From an uncultured Anaerolineae bacterium (GTDB lineage: Bacteria > Chloroflexota > Anaerolineae > JAADDB01), in assembly GCA_964402285.1 (NCBI GenBank), contig CAYOAZ010000092.1:15978-79977 (forward strand): a stretch of 64,000 nucleotides of DNA, given 5' to 3'. The position numbers and the translations under genes are program-made. Shown here piece after piece: positions 1 to 11,120 of the stretch (position 1 is the stretch's first letter; every line of letters starts with the position of its first letter). The notes under the pieces were generated by a model, which was given only the letters and a program-made list of their open reading frames with translations, was not told where the DNA came from and did not search any database.

Positions 1-206
1 ACGGATCATGGCCCGAAGGGACGGTGAATTGGTACGTGGACCGACGACTTCGGGAAATGGCTATGCGGTTGCGTCAGTTTGGGCGTGAACGTAAGCCGGA
101 AAAGAAGGAGGAAGAGGAGGAAGCCCAGGATCAACCCTCTGAACCCCCTAAGGAACCCCCTACACCACCTGATGTTCCGGAGTCTGGTGAGGGGGAGGAG
201 GCGTAG
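1..206 (+). CDS. 3' end of a gene that begins upstream of the window; hypothetical, acidic/Pro-rich C-terminus
   Basis: Frame is open from base 3 to the stop at 204-206. Tail reads KKEEEEEAQDQPSEPPKEPPTPPDVPESGEGEEA. No recognisable domain. Confidence 0.3.
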   Translation, partial: GSWPEGTVNWYVDRRLREMAMRLRQFGRERKPEKKEEEEEAQDQPSEPPKEPPTPPDVPESGEGEEA

Positions 207-526
207 TGAACAGTATGCCGGCTTTTTTACGGGTGCTTTTGGGGGCAGGCGTGATCGCTGTGGCAGGGCTGTATCCGCTGTGGGCTGTCTTTCGCTTAAA
301 TCGCCGACTCTCGCGTCCGGACGGCCCGGATACGTGGACGCTGGTGTGGTGGCTGGTGTTTACGTTGAGTTTTCCCTTTGCCCTGGCGCTGGTGGGAGCG
401 GGGATTGTTGCCCCGCGCCTGGGCACATCGCCGGTGTTTTGGGCGTCAATTGTGGGCTTTGCTTTCATGGCGTTGGTCGGAGGGGTGGGGTATTGGTTGC
501 ATGGCCGTCGTTCGTCATCCACGTGA
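206..526 (+). CDS. hypothetical small membrane protein (2-3 predicted TM helices)
   Basis: GTG start. Hydrophobic segments VLLGAGVIAVAGLYPLWAVF, LVWWLVFTLSFPFALALVGAGIVA, IVGFAFMALVGGVGYWL. Confidence 0.4.
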   Translation: MNSMPAFLRVLLGAGVIAVAGLYPLWAVFRLNRRLSRPDGPDTWTLVWWLVFTLSFPFALALVGAGIVAPRLGTSPVFWASIVGFAFMALVGGVGYWLHGRRSSST

Positions 527-544
527 GGGGAGGAAGGTGTGGGC

Positions 545-1618
545 ATGAAACAGGTACCGGTCATTATCTTGGGTGTGGGAGGTGTGGGGCGAGCCCTGCT
601 TCGGCAGTTGGTGCGGCGGCGCTCCTACCATGAACAGCGTTTTGGTGTCTTTTTGAACGTGGTCGTGGTAGCAGACAGCGGAGGGGCTGTGGTTTCCTCT
701 GAAGGGCTCACGGATGAGGAATTGGACCAAATTGTAGCCCACAAGGAATCGGGCCGCTCGTTGGCCGATTACCCTTCCGGGTATTTTCAGAATCAGGCGC
801 GGGATCTCGTGGATTTGTTTGCGGCTCCGGGCACGATAGTGGTGGATGTAACGGCTACTGAGGCGACGTATGACGCGCTGGTGTTGGCTATGGAGCGCCG
901 TGCCCGGATCGTGTTGGCGAATAAAATTCCCCTGGCTGGTCCGTATGATCGGGCTGCTCCCTTGTTCCGCTATCCCCTCCTGCGATATGAGACGACCGTG
1001 GGTTCGGCTGTGCCGGTGATTACTACGTTGAAGCGTTTGTTGGCCAGCGGGGAAACTATTTATCGCTTTCAAGGGAGTTTGAGCGGTTCCCTGGGGTACA
1101 TTATGACCGCGGTTGAGGAGGGGGTGGCTTTTTCCAAGGCAGTGTTGCGCGCCAAGGAGTTGGGGTATACGGAACCCGATCCCCGTGAGGATTTGTTAGG
1201 ACGGGATGTGGCCCGCAAGGCGTTGATTGTGGCCCGTACTATGGGGTGGCAGGTGGAGATGGAGGATGTGGAGATAGAGCCCCTGATTCCTGAGGAGTGG
1301 GCCTCGTGGCCTATGGAGGATTTCCTGGCCGAGATTTTCGCGCTGGATGATGATTTTTATTCCTGGCGGGATGCTGCTCAGGCCCGGCACGAAGCGCTGC
1401 GCTATGTGGCGCGCGTTGAAGAGGGACGTTTGCGGGTGGGTATTGAGTTTGTTCCCCAGGATTCCCCATTGGGACGCCTTCAGGGCAGCGATAATTTGGT
1501 GGAGTTTTACACGGAGTACTACAGCACAGGGCCTTTGGCTTTGCAAGGTCGCGGTGCTGGCGTGGACGCTACGGCTTCAGGTGTGTTAACGGATATGGTG
1601 GATCTGGCTTTGGCGTGA
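545..1618 (+). CDS. hom: homoserine dehydrogenase (no ACT domain)
   Basis: N-terminal NAD-binding GVGGVGRALL; VVDVTATEATYDALV...IVLANK; C-terminal catalytic region ...GSLSGSLGYIMT...AKELGYTEPDPREDLLGRDVARKALI. RBS GGAGGAAGG before ATG at 545. Confidence 0.75.
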   Translation: MKQVPVIILGVGGVGRALLRQLVRRRSYHEQRFGVFLNVVVVADSGGAVVSSEGLTDEELDQIVAHKESGRSLADYPSGYFQNQARDLVDLFAAPGTIVVDVTATEATYDALVLAMERRARIVLANKIPLAGPYDRAAPLFRYPLLRYETTVGSAVPVITTLKRLLASGETIYRFQGSLSGSLGYIMTAVEEGVAFSKAVLRAKELGYTEPDPREDLLGRDVARKALIVARTMGWQVEMEDVEIEPLIPEEWASWPMEDFLAEIFALDDDFYSWRDAAQARHEALRYVARVEEGRLRVGIEFVPQDSPLGRLQGSDNLVEFYTEYYSTGPLALQGRGAGVDATASGVLTDMVDLALA

Positions 1619-1662
1619 GGGAATAGGGCGGGGGATGGATCTTCCCATCCCCCGCTTGTGTT

Positions 1663-4179
1663 TCATTGAACCAGGGGGGCCAGTTCGTTAAATGTGTTCA
1701 TGGCGAAGATGTCGTCGTCGCTGTCTTCGTTTCGTTCTTTTACGGTGAAGGTCAGTTCCTTTTTGTCCGCGTCATATCCTACCTCAATGGTATCTCCCTC
1801 CTGGAACCGTCCTGCCAGCATCCCTTCGCTCAACGGGTCTTCGATGTAGTCCTGGATGACACGCCGCAAGGGGCGAGCGCCGTAATCTGGGTTGTACCCC
1901 TTGTCCGCGAGGAACATCTTAGCCTCATCTGTGACAATGAGGTCCATTTCGTGTTCTTGCAGCAGTGCGCGTACTCGCTTCAGTTCGATGTCCACGATCT
2001 GGGCGATTTGTTCCTTGGTGAGCGGTCGGAAGACCATGATGCCGTCCAGGCGGTTCAGGAATTCCGGCCGGAAGGTGCGTTTTAGCGCGTCCATCACACG
2101 TTCTTTCAGGTCCTGGTAAGTGGCCTCTTGTTGCTTACGCTCGTCCTCTGAGGTCACAAAGCCCAGCCCTCCTGCTCGCTTGATCATGGAGGCGCCTACG
2201 TTGGAGGTCATAATGATGATCGCGTTGCGGAAGTCCACACGGCGTCCTTTGGCATCGGTCAGGTGGCCATCCTCCATGATTTGCAGGAGGATGTTGAAGA
2301 CTTCGGGATGGGCTTTCTCGATTTCGTCCAGAAGAATGACGCAATAGGGACGACGACGGACGGCCTCGGTGAGTTGCCCCCCTTCGTCGTAACCCACGTA
2401 TCCCGGCGGCGCTCCCACTAGACGGCTGACGTTATGGCGTTCCATGAATTCGGACATGTCCAGTTTGATGAGCGCGTCCTCACTGCCAAAGAGGAATTCG
2501 GCCAGTGTCTTGGCGACCAGGGTTTTGCCAACGCCTGTGGGGCCCAGGAAGAGGAAGGAGCCAATAGGTCGTCGCGGGTCCTTAAGTCCGGCCCGGGCGC
2601 GACGAATGGCTTTGGCAATTGCTCGAATGGGCTCATCCTGTCCGACAACCCGCTTGTGCATTTCTTTTTCCATTTCCAGCAGGCGCTGACTTTCTTCCTG
2701 CGCCAAGCGGGTTAAGGGGATGCCTGTCCACATGGATACGACTTCGGCGACATCTTCTGCAGTCACCTTGGGGCGAGATTTTGGATCGTTCCACCCGGCT
2801 CGAAGTTGTTCTAACTTCTGGCGCAGGTCCATTTCGCGCTGGCGAATTTCAATGGCGTAGTTGTACTCCTGTTTGTGGAGGGCTTCTTCTTTCTGGCGCT
2901 GGAGTTCACGCAGTTGGGCGTACACTTCCCGCAGGCTGATGGCCAGTGGGGCCTTGTACATGCGCACCCGGCTGGCGGCTTCGTCAATGAGGTCGATGGC
3001 CTTGTCGGGCAGGTAACGGTCGGGCACGTAGCGCGCGGAGAGGTGGGCTGCTGCCCGGAGGGCTTCGTCCGTGATCTCTAATTTGTGGTGTTCTTCATAC
3101 CGCGAACGAATGCCCTTTAAGATCTCTATGGTGTCCTCAATGGTGGGTTCTTCAACGATAATGGGCTGGAAACGGCGTTCCAGTGCGGCATCGCCTTCGA
3201 TGTACTTGCGGTATTCGTCCAGGGTTGTAGCCCCAATAACCTGGAGTTCCCCACGAGCCAGGGCAGGTTTAAGGATGTTGGCTGCGTCCACCGCGCTGCC
3301 CGCGGCGCCCGCTCCCACAAGCATGTGGAGTTCGTCGATGAAGAGGATGGCTTCTGCGTTGATGATTTCCTCGATAACTTTTTTCATTCGCTCTTCGAAC
3401 TGACCCCGGTACATGGTCCCTGCGACCAGGGATCCCACGTCCAGCATGACCAGGCGTTTGTCCATCAAACTTTCTGGCACATCTCCCTGGACAATGCGTT
3501 GGGCGAGTCCTTCAACAATGGCGGTCTTGCCCACACCCGGTTCGCCGATAAGCGCGGGGTTGTTCTTGGTTCGACGGGAGAGGATCTGAATGACTCGTTC
3601 GATTTCTTTTTCCCGACCGATGACTGGGTCGAGTTTTCCCTCTTCAGCCAGTTGGGTCAGGTCGACGCCCAGTTGCTCGACCAGGGGCATCTTCTTGCGT
3701 TCCTTGGCCCGTTGTCGCATCTCTACTTGGTTTTGAAGCAGGCTGCGCGCGGTTTGGCTGCGCACGCGTTCCAGGCTGATGCCCAAGGACCGCAGAACAT
3801 TTACGGCCACCCCTTCACCTTCCCTCACCAACCCCAACAGGAGGTGTTCCGTGCCGATGTAGTGATGCCCCATCAGGCGGGCTTCCTCCACGGCCAGTTC
3901 GATGACGCGTTTTGTGCGCGGGGCCAGGGTGGGTTTTCCCATGGGGCGGCGTTCGCCAAAGCCAACCATGCGTTCCACCGCACGGATAATTTGCTCCGGT
4001 TCAACGCCCAGTTCTCGCAGCACTTTGACGGCCACGCCGTTCTCTTCTTTGACCAATCCCAGGAGGAGGTGTTCGGTTCCAATGTAACTGTGCCGCATTC
4101 GTACGGCCTCCTCCTGTGCTAATGCCAGGACTCGCCGAGCCCGTTTTGTAAAACGATCAAACTTATCTCTCTCGTTCAT
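1663..4179 (-). CDS. clpC: ATP-dependent Clp protease ATP-binding subunit ClpC (two Clp_N repeats, two AAA+ modules)
   Basis: [42 protein letters not shown] repeated twice (Clp_N). Walker [16 protein letters not shown] and [12 protein letters not shown]. 838 aa. Confidence 0.9.
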   Translation of the reverse strand: MNERDKFDRFTKRARRVLALAQEEAVRMRHSYIGTEHLLLGLVKEENGVAVKVLRELGVEPEQIIRAVERMVGFGERRPMGKPTLAPRTKRVIELAVEEARLMGHHYIGTEHLLLGLVREGEGVAVNVLRSLGISLERVRSQTARSLLQNQVEMRQRAKERKKMPLVEQLGVDLTQLAEEGKLDPVIGREKEIERVIQILSRRTKNNPALIGEPGVGKTAIVEGLAQRIVQGDVPESLMDKRLVMLDVGSLVAGTMYRGQFEERMKKVIEEIINAEAILFIDELHMLVGAGAAGSAVDAANILKPALARGELQVIGATTLDEYRKYIEGDAALERRFQPIIVEEPTIEDTIEILKGIRSRYEEHHKLEITDEALRAAAHLSARYVPDRYLPDKAIDLIDEAASRVRMYKAPLAISLREVYAQLRELQRQKEEALHKQEYNYAIEIRQREMDLRQKLEQLRAGWNDPKSRPKVTAEDVAEVVSMWTGIPLTRLAQEESQRLLEMEKEMHKRVVGQDEPIRAIAKAIRRARAGLKDPRRPIGSFLFLGPTGVGKTLVAKTLAEFLFGSEDALIKLDMSEFMERHNVSRLVGAPPGYVGYDEGGQLTEAVRRRPYCVILLDEIEKAHPEVFNILLQIMEDGHLTDAKGRRVDFRNAIIIMTSNVGASMIKRAGGLGFVTSEDERKQQEATYQDLKERVMDALKRTFRPEFLNRLDGIMVFRPLTKEQIAQIVDIELKRVRALLQEHEMDLIVTDEAKMFLADKGYNPDYGARPLRRVIQDYIEDPLSEGMLAGRFQEGDTIEVGYDADKKELTFTVKERNEDSDDDIFAMNTFNELAPLVQ

Positions 4180-4233
4180 AGCAATTCACCTAACCTCGTC
4201 CCTCTGTAACCGATGTCGGTCTTTTTACGCAAA

Positions 4234-4257
4234 GCGGGGGCACGCCTGTGCCCCCGC
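4234..4257 (-). terminator. perfect 10-bp-stem hairpin (GCGGGGGCAC-gcct-GTGCCCCCGC) between rpsA 3' end and clpC start; candidate rpsA terminator/attenuator
   Basis: Inverted repeat seen directly. On the minus-strand transcript it is followed by UUUGCGUAAAAAG, a weak U-tract. Confidence 0.4.
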
Positions 4258-4358
4258 TTCATTGCGCTTAGGTTGTACTTCGCGGGGCACTTTGCGGGAG
4301 GGCGGTTGGCCGTGTCCCTTTGTTAATGTGCCGCCGCGAGTAATTCCTTCCCTTCTTC

Positions 4359-5828
4359 CTACGATGAGGTGCCCGCTTCGCTGTTCTCTGGCTCAGCAGG
4401 AGTTTCCTCCGCGGCTTCCGGGGCCTCCGGCTGCTCTGCCGCGGCCGCTGTAACGTCCTCTTCTAATGTTACGTCTTCCAGGGCTTCCCAGGTTCCTTCT
4501 TCTACGATCTCTTCTTCATCTGCCACATCCCAGTCGATTTCCACGTATGCTTCTTCATCCGCTTGTTTGATGCTCAGGCCCATCCGTTTTCGTTCGGGGT
4601 CAATGTTGATGATGCGAGCCTGTACTCGTTGCCCTTCCTTCACTACTTCATGGGGATGGGATACAAAGTTCTGGGAGAGTTCCGAAATGTGGACTAGCCC
4701 TTCTATACCGTCGTCCAACCGTACAAAGGCGCCAAAGGGTAAGACGCGGGTGACGGTGCCTTCCACTACCTGGCCAATCGCGTACCGTTCCAAAACGGTC
4801 TCCCAGGGCTTGGGCAATAGGCGCTTGAGGCTCAGGTTAACCTTCCCCTTTTCCCGATCCACCTTGAGGACGTAGACATCCACTTCGTCGCCCACTTTAA
4901 GGACATCCGAGGGGTGTTCCACGCGTCCCCAGGAAAGTTCCGAGATGTGAATTAACCCATCAACTCCTCCGAGGTCCACAAACGCGCCGAACTTGGTCAG
5001 GCTTGTTACGCGCCCGTGTCGGACTTCTCCCTCGCGCAGTTCTTCTAAGAGGCGTTGACGTTGTTTTTCCCGTTCCTCCTTTAGCGCTGCTTTTTCGGAG
5101 AGGATCAGGCGACGCCGGTTTCTGTCCACTTCGATGACTTTGAATTTCAATGTCTGCCCAACCAAGGGGGCAAATCGTTCCTCGCGGTTGTCACCGCGCG
5201 TCTCTTCGCGACGTTCCAGTTGGGAACCGGGAATGAACCCACGCAGTTGGCCCAGGCGGACGATAACCCCGCCGCTGTTGGCCTCGCTGACCACGCCTTC
5301 CAGAATGGTGCCTGATTTCTCCCATTCTTGTGCCTGACGCCATTCGTATTCCAAGCGTGCTTTACTCAGGGAGAGAACCGTATGTCCCTCGCGGCCTTCT
5401 GGTTTGAGCACGTATGCAACAACAGTGTCACCCACGTTCAGGCTGTTCACGAATTCCGGATCCAGGCGTTCCAGGTCCTGGGGAGGGACAATGCCTTCGG
5501 ATTTGCCGCCAATGTCAATGATGATTTCTTTGTCGGTCTTGAGGACGATAACGCCTTCCACCATTTCGCCACGACGAAAACGCCGTGGGGTGAGACTCTC
5601 CTCAAGGAGCGTCTCCATGCTTTCCTCTTCTTCCTCCGCGGCTTCTTGCCCTAAGGGGCTCTCCTCTTCGGCAGGTGTTTCTTCCTGGGTGCCGGCTTCC
5701 AGGGTATCGGAGGCTGCGCTAGGAGCAGTCTCCTCAGTCGCGGTATCCGTGGCAATGAGTTCTTCTGCAGATGTAGTTTCTTGAATGTCGGGTTGTTGGG
5801 TGGTCTCTTGTGTCATTCCTGTGTCCAT
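4359..5828 (-). CDS. rpsA: 30S ribosomal protein S1 with acidic low-complexity N- and C-terminal extensions
   Basis: Repeated S1 domains (GEMVEGVIVLKTDKEIIIDIGGKSEGIVP; GTILEGVVSEANSGGVIVRLGQLRGFIP; GQTLKFKVIEVD; VRHGRVTSLTKFGAFVDLGG; QVVEGTVTRVLPFGAFVRL). E/T-rich termini. Confidence 0.85.
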   Translation of the reverse strand: MDTGMTQETTQQPDIQETTSAEELIATDTATEETAPSAASDTLEAGTQEETPAEEESPLGQEAAEEEEESMETLLEESLTPRRFRRGEMVEGVIVLKTDKEIIIDIGGKSEGIVPPQDLERLDPEFVNSLNVGDTVVAYVLKPEGREGHTVLSLSKARLEYEWRQAQEWEKSGTILEGVVSEANSGGVIVRLGQLRGFIPGSQLERREETRGDNREERFAPLVGQTLKFKVIEVDRNRRRLILSEKAALKEEREKQRQRLLEELREGEVRHGRVTSLTKFGAFVDLGGVDGLIHISELSWGRVEHPSDVLKVGDEVDVYVLKVDREKGKVNLSLKRLLPKPWETVLERYAIGQVVEGTVTRVLPFGAFVRLDDGIEGLVHISELSQNFVSHPHEVVKEGQRVQARIINIDPERKRMGLSIKQADEEAYVEIDWDVADEEEIVEEGTWEALEDVTLEEDVTAAAAEQPEAPEAAEETPAEPENSEAGTSS

Positions 5829-5986
5829 TTGTTGTACAATCCTTCCAAAAGTCTTTACGGCTACGGCAATTATAACATGCTTCTTAGGGTTGGCAAATGC
5901 GCTTCTTCCCCTTCACAGAGATTGACTGAGTTTCGCGCTGGATTCTGTAGGCGCTGGGTTCATCTCTGTCAGACGGCCAGGAGGGC

Positions 5987-6382
5987 TTATTCGTCGCTTT
6001 CCGGCACAATGGCAATAGCTTCGATTTCTACCAGGGCTCCGAGTGGCAGGGCAGCGACTTGGACGGTGGATCGGGCTGGGGGATCTGTGTGAAACACTTC
6101 GCCGTAAATGGCGTTTACTGTGCGAAATTCGGACAGGTCCACCATGTAGATAGTCGTCTTTACCACGTGTTGAATGTCTGTTCCCGCGGCCTTTAACACG
6201 GCTTCCAGATTTTGCAGGACTTGTCGGGTCTGGGCAACCAATCCCTCAACCAAGGTGCCTGTCGCGGGATCAATGCCAATCTGTCCGGCCGTGAACACCC
6301 ATTGTCCCGCGCGAATGGCCTGAGAGTAAGGTCCGACAGCCGCGGGCGCGTTATTCGTGTGAATCACTTCTCGCTTGGTCAT
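5987..6382 (-). CDS. ridA: RidA/YjgF family reactive-intermediate deaminase
   Basis: NNAPAAVGPYSQAIRAGQWVFTAGQIGIDPATGTLVEG...TTIYMVDLSEF...PARSTVQVAALPLGALVEIEAIA. 131 aa. Confidence 0.9.
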   Translation of the reverse strand: MTKREVIHTNNAPAAVGPYSQAIRAGQWVFTAGQIGIDPATGTLVEGLVAQTRQVLQNLEAVLKAAGTDIQHVVKTTIYMVDLSEFRTVNAIYGEVFHTDPPARSTVQVAALPLGALVEIEAIAIVPESDE

Positions 6383-6669
6383 GGATACACCTTTCCTGGA
6401 AATGAAGTGTGTGCTTACATGTTCATTCTACTCGCGTTATTCTGAGAAGGGAAATTCCGCGAAAGAGGACCAGAATTTTAACGTTTACTGTCTAGGGATA
6501 AGTGCACGCTCGCTTAAATATCCGAAATGAGGTATAATCAGACGTTGTGCTATACCACGGACCTGACGCTCCTTGCCTGGCGAGGAAATCGCCTTTTTGC
6601 GGCCAAGGCGCGTGATTGGGATGTTATTGTAGGTTCGCCATCCTTAGAAGGGATACAGACAGGAAGACG

Positions 6670-9186
6670 ATGTCCACTGCACCCACAAATCACCAGGATG
6701 AAACGAGTACCTCCGAGATTCTCGGCCAAGTACAAGCGATTGACATCGAGCAGGAGTTGAAGGCCGCGTATTTGGATTACGCCATGAGTGTGATCGTGGC
6801 CCGCGCCCTGCCCGATGTCCGGGACGGTCTTAAGCCTGTACACCGCCGCATTCTCTACGCGATGCACGATATGGGCCTGAGGGCGAATGCCCCCTACCGC
6901 AAAAGCGCTCGTATTGTCGGCGAGGTCCTGGGAAAGTATCACCCCCATGGTGATGCCGCGGTGTATGATGCTATGGCCCGCATGGCCCAGGACTTTTCCA
7001 TGCGCTATCCGCTGGTGGATGGCCAAGGGAACTTCGGTTCCATTGACGGGGATAGCCCCGCGGCCATGCGTTACACAGAAGCCCGTCTTTCCCCTATTGC
7101 CGAGGAAATGCTGCGGGATATTGATAAGGATACGGTGGACTGGCAGCCCAATTTTGACGGCTCCCTCCAGGAACCTGTGGTGTTGCCCGCCCGAATTCCC
7201 AATCTTCTCCTGAATGGCGCTTCTGGTATTGCTGTGGGCATGGCCACGAACATTCCCCCCCACAATTTGAACGAAGTGGCCGATGTGCTCATGTACTTGA
7301 TTGACCGCTATGATGACCTGGACAGTGTGGGCGTGGAGGATATTATGGCTATCCTGCCCGGCCCCGATTTCCCCACAGGAGCCCAGATCCTGGGGAAGGA
7401 TGGCATTCGGCAGGCGTACGCCACAGGACGCGGGCACATTACTCTGCGCGCGGTGGCGGAGATTCAGGAACGACGCGGGGGCGGATACAGCATCATCATC
7501 ACCGAGATCCCCTATCAGTTGAACAAGGCCACACTGATCGAGCGCATCGCGGCCCTGGTCCGCAGTGGTCGCGTGGATGGCATTACTGACCTGCGGGATG
7601 AGTCGGACCGGGAAGGGCTGCGCATTGTCATTGAGATCAAGCGAGGTGTGGCAGCCCGGAAGGTGCTCAACCAGTTGTACAAGTACACACCTCTTCAGAC
7701 CACGTTCGGCGTTCAAATGCTCGCGCTGGTGGACGGGGAGCCTCGATTGCTGCCCATCAAGCGCATGCTCTTGCATTACATTGAACACCGACGTGAGGTG
7801 ATTACCCGACGCACCCAATTTGAACTGGAGAAGGCCCGCGCCCGGGCTCACATTCTGGAAGGGCTGCGCATCGCGTTGCAGTTTCTCGACGAAGTGATCG
7901 CCATTATTCGCGGATCGGAAAGTGCGGAGACAGCGAAGCAGACCTTAATGGAGCGGTTTGGACTGTCCGATGTGCAAGCGCAGGCTATTTTGGACATGCA
8001 GTTGCGACGCTTGGCGGCTTTGGAACGGCAGAAGATTGAGGATGAATATCAGGAGGTGCTGTCTCGCATTGCTTACCTGGAAGATCTGTTGGCCCATCCG
8101 AAGAAGATCCTGGCGCTTATTCGGGATGACCTGGAGGATATTAAGTCCCGCTACGGGGATGAACGGCGTACACAAATCCTGGCCCAGGGACCGGCGGAAT
8201 TTCGTGATGAAGATCTCATTGTGCAAGAGGACTGGCTTGTCACAGTGACGTCGGATGGGTATATCAAGCGCACACCCAGTCGTGTGTTCCGCGCTCAACG
8301 CCGCGGGGGACGCGGTATCAAGGGGATGGAGACTCGCGAGGAGGATCGGGTTGCCCACGCGGTGGGATGTCGCTCCTTGGACACGCTGCTCTTCTTCACC
8401 AATCAAGGTCGAGTGTACGCGGAGCGGGTGTTTAATTTGCCCGAAGGGGGACGCACGGCCAAGGGGTTGCCGTTGATTAATGTGATTAATTTACAACCGG
8501 ATGAGTACATGACCGCGCTGGTGCCCGTGTCCACTTTTCAGGAAGATCAGTACATTGCCCTGTGTACTCATCGGGGTAAGGTGAAGCGTTTGCCCCTTTC
8601 CACGTTCGAACGTGTCCGATCTACCGGGCTGATTGCTATTACCCTGGATAAGGGAGATGAGTTGGGGTGGGCGCGCATTACTACGGGGCAGCAGGATCTA
8701 ATCATTACTACCCGTTTAGGGCGCACTTTGCGTTTCCCTGAATCCCAGGTTCGCGTGATGGGACGCCAGGCAGGTGGGGTGCAGGGGATCCGTTTGTCCG
8801 CAGGGGATGAGGTGGCGTCGTTAACTGCCGCGCGCCCCGGCGGAAAGTTGTTTGTGCTCACTGCCCACGGATTTGGCAAGTTGGTTCCCTTGGAGGACAT
8901 TCCACGCCGCAGTCGCAATGGGGTCGGCGTGTGGATTATCGACCATCGTCGACTGCACCAGATTGGGCCTATTGTCTCCGCACGCGTGGTGTTGCCCAAG
9001 GATCAGATCATTGTTCTCACTTCCCAGGGCATGGCTGTGCGCATGGCCGTATCCCAGATTTCCGTGCAGGGTCGGTATAGCCGTGGGGTGCGGGTGATCT
9101 CCTTGTCCGAAGGGGATACTGTGGTGGCGGTGGTACGATTGCCGCGGCCAGAGGAGCACTCAACGAAGAAGGAGGCGGAGGCGTAG
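6670..9186 (+). CDS. gyrA: DNA gyrase subunit A
   Basis: [37 protein letters not shown]; active-site region [10 protein letters not shown]; C-terminal beta-pinwheel repeats. The ORF-track start at 6616 is probably too early; ATG at 6670 (MSTAPT...). Confidence 0.95.
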   Translation: MSTAPTNHQDETSTSEILGQVQAIDIEQELKAAYLDYAMSVIVARALPDVRDGLKPVHRRILYAMHDMGLRANAPYRKSARIVGEVLGKYHPHGDAAVYDAMARMAQDFSMRYPLVDGQGNFGSIDGDSPAAMRYTEARLSPIAEEMLRDIDKDTVDWQPNFDGSLQEPVVLPARIPNLLLNGASGIAVGMATNIPPHNLNEVADVLMYLIDRYDDLDSVGVEDIMAILPGPDFPTGAQILGKDGIRQAYATGRGHITLRAVAEIQERRGGGYSIIITEIPYQLNKATLIERIAALVRSGRVDGITDLRDESDREGLRIVIEIKRGVAARKVLNQLYKYTPLQTTFGVQMLALVDGEPRLLPIKRMLLHYIEHRREVITRRTQFELEKARARAHILEGLRIALQFLDEVIAIIRGSESAETAKQTLMERFGLSDVQAQAILDMQLRRLAALERQKIEDEYQEVLSRIAYLEDLLAHPKKILALIRDDLEDIKSRYGDERRTQILAQGPAEFRDEDLIVQEDWLVTVTSDGYIKRTPSRVFRAQRRGGRGIKGMETREEDRVAHAVGCRSLDTLLFFTNQGRVYAERVFNLPEGGRTAKGLPLINVINLQPDEYMTALVPVSTFQEDQYIALCTHRGKVKRLPLSTFERVRSTGLIAITLDKGDELGWARITTGQQDLIITTRLGRTLRFPESQVRVMGRQAGGVQGIRLSAGDEVASLTAARPGGKLFVLTAHGFGKLVPLEDIPRRSRNGVGVWIIDHRRLHQIGPIVSARVVLPKDQIIVLTSQGMAVRMAVSQISVQGRYSRGVRVISLSEGDTVVAVVRLPRPEEHSTKKEAEA

Positions 9187-9190
9187 TGCG

Positions 9191-10192
9191 ATGCCGGATT
9201 ATCTGTTCATTGTAAATCCCGCGTCTGACCGGTGGCGTTCTGGAAAGCGGTGGGGGAAGTTGGAGAAACTTCTCCAGTCCTACAAAGTGAATTATGAGGT
9301 GGTCCTCACCGCGGGACCCGGCCACGCAATGACTATTGCTGAGGAGGCTGCTCAGTCGGGCCGATATGGGGTTATTGTGGCTGGCGGGGGGGACGGTACG
9401 TTGAACGAGGTGGTGAATGGGTTGTGTCGCGCCGCGGACGACGGTACGACGGTACCTTTGGGGATTTTTCCCATTGGATCGGGAAACGATTTTGCCAGCG
9501 TGTTGGGCATTCCTCGGGACGCGGATGGCATGATCCGGCATTTGTTGGAGAGTAAGCGTCGCCTGGTGGATGTGGGCGTTGTGCACAGTTACGATATGGT
9601 GGGACCAACCAGTCCACGTCGTTACTTCTTGAACAATTGCGGTATTGGCTTTGAAGCCCAGGTGAACTTGGAAAGTCGACGCATTCAACGGCTGCAAGGA
9701 TTCCTCATCTATTTGGTGGCCGTGTTTCGGGCGTTGATGCGGTATCGGCAACCACACGTTACGATTCGCTGGGATGATGGAGAACGGTCAGAACACATGC
9801 TCCTGGTAACGGTGGGCAATGGACGCCGGGCTGGTGGCGGGTTCTGGTTGACGCCCTTTGCTGAGGTAGATGATGGGCTCTTGGAGATTGGCATGGCTCA
9901 GGCCATGTCCCGTGTGAACATCCTGCGCTTGTTGCCCAAGGCGATTACGGGAAAACACATTTTCGACCCTGCCTACTCCCTTGCCCGAGGATCTCATATT
10001 ACCGTGCGCACGGATATTCCGGTTCCTGTACACACGGACGGCGAGGCCATTATTGAAGGGACGCGGGAGTTGGAGATCCGTGTGGTTCCCCGCAAAGTTT
10101 GGGTGGTCAGCGATCCGGACCGCCCCCTGCGCGGTGTGCTCAAGGCGAAGGACATTGAGCGCTGGCAGCAAGCCCAAAAGGCCCCGCAGTAG
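9191..10192 (+). CDS. diacylglycerol kinase catalytic-domain (YegS/DgkA-like) lipid kinase
   Basis: FIVNPASDRWRSGKRW...VVAGGGDGTLNEVVNGL (DAGK_cat GGDGT motif). Starts 5 nt after the gyrA stop, so likely co-transcribed. Confidence 0.8.
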   Translation: MPDYLFIVNPASDRWRSGKRWGKLEKLLQSYKVNYEVVLTAGPGHAMTIAEEAAQSGRYGVIVAGGGDGTLNEVVNGLCRAADDGTTVPLGIFPIGSGNDFASVLGIPRDADGMIRHLLESKRRLVDVGVVHSYDMVGPTSPRRYFLNNCGIGFEAQVNLESRRIQRLQGFLIYLVAVFRALMRYRQPHVTIRWDDGERSEHMLLVTVGNGRRAGGGFWLTPFAEVDDGLLEIGMAQAMSRVNILRLLPKAITGKHIFDPAYSLARGSHITVRTDIPVPVHTDGEAIIEGTRELEIRVVPRKVWVVSDPDRPLRGVLKAKDIERWQQAQKAPQ

Positions 10193-10223
10193 ACAATAGC
10201 ACCGCGCGACTTCACATCTGATC

Positions 10224-10997
10224 CTAGCGGAAAAGGTCCAGTTCCTTGGGCCGCAGGAGATCGCGCAGGCGTCCTTCCCCTGGGATATAACGCGCTCCCC
10301 GGACGATAACCACGGGCAAGGCTTCATCGGCCTGTCCCATTACCGCGGATGCGGCCGCGGCAATCTCATCCGCGGTGCCGATGATGGTCGCTTGCAACGT
10401 TCTCCCCACGAGGTCAGAGTGTCCGCGCTGGTCGGTGAGGGGGAGCATTCCTGCCAGGCCGATGGCCACACCGACTGTGCCCAGTCGCCAGGCTCGGCCG
10501 TGACTGTCGTTGATAATGACGGCCAGGTTTTGTAAACCGAATGCTTCCATCCAATGCCGACGCAGGTCTCGGGCTGAACGGTCGGGATCTTCGGGCAGCA
10601 GGAGGACGTGTTCTTCATCTCCCCGGACGTTTGAGTGGTCAATTCCCGCGTTGGCACACACGAATCCCAGACGGTGTTCTACAATGATTAAGCCCGGTCG
10701 CACGCGCAAAATTTCGTTGCTCTCCCGGAGGATGAGTTCCACCAGGCGCGGATCCTTGTCCGCGCGTCGGGCAAGTTCCACTGCCTGGGGACTTGGTTGA
10801 ATGTCTGCCAGGTGGACCAGTCGGCCTTCTGCTTTGGAGACGATTTTCTGGGCAACGACAACGATGTCTCCATTGCGCAAGGTCTCTCCCGCGTTGTGAA
10901 TGGCCTGGACCACGAGGGATGCTAAATCGTCTCCCTGCTGAATAAGGGGGAGGCCGGGAATTCCCATACATGTCATTACCCGCGCTTGGACGGACAT
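10224..10997 (-). CDS. cofE: coenzyme F420-0:L-glutamate ligase (CofE / FbiB N-domain-like)
   Basis: IPGLPLIQQGDDLASLVVQAI...NGDIVVVAQKIVSKAEGRLVHL and C-terminal TADEIAAAASAVMGQADEALPVVIVRG are characteristic CofE blocks. About 250 aa. Confidence 0.7.
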   Translation of the reverse strand: MSVQARVMTCMGIPGLPLIQQGDDLASLVVQAIHNAGETLRNGDIVVVAQKIVSKAEGRLVHLADIQPSPQAVELARRADKDPRLVELILRESNEILRVRPGLIIVEHRLGFVCANAGIDHSNVRGDEEHVLLLPEDPDRSARDLRRHWMEAFGLQNLAVIINDSHGRAWRLGTVGVAIGLAGMLPLTDQRGHSDLVGRTLQATIIGTADEIAAAASAVMGQADEALPVVIVRGARYIPGEGRLRDLLRPKELDLFR

Positions 10998-11120
10998 GGC
11001 TCATTTACTCCTTATGCGGGATGGGTGTAAGTAAACGGGCGGAAAGTGTTGTTTGCTCGGCCCGTGGCGTTACATTATACTGTTTTCGTAACGTTTTCCT
11101 ATTTCCGGTGTTCCTACTTT

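Noticed and set aside
6550-7851. 433-aa minus-strand ORF antisense to gyrA, and the 246-aa ORF at 9017-9757
   Set aside because: They lie entirely within or opposite the highly conserved gyrA and DAGK-like CDSs. No RBS and no domain signal.
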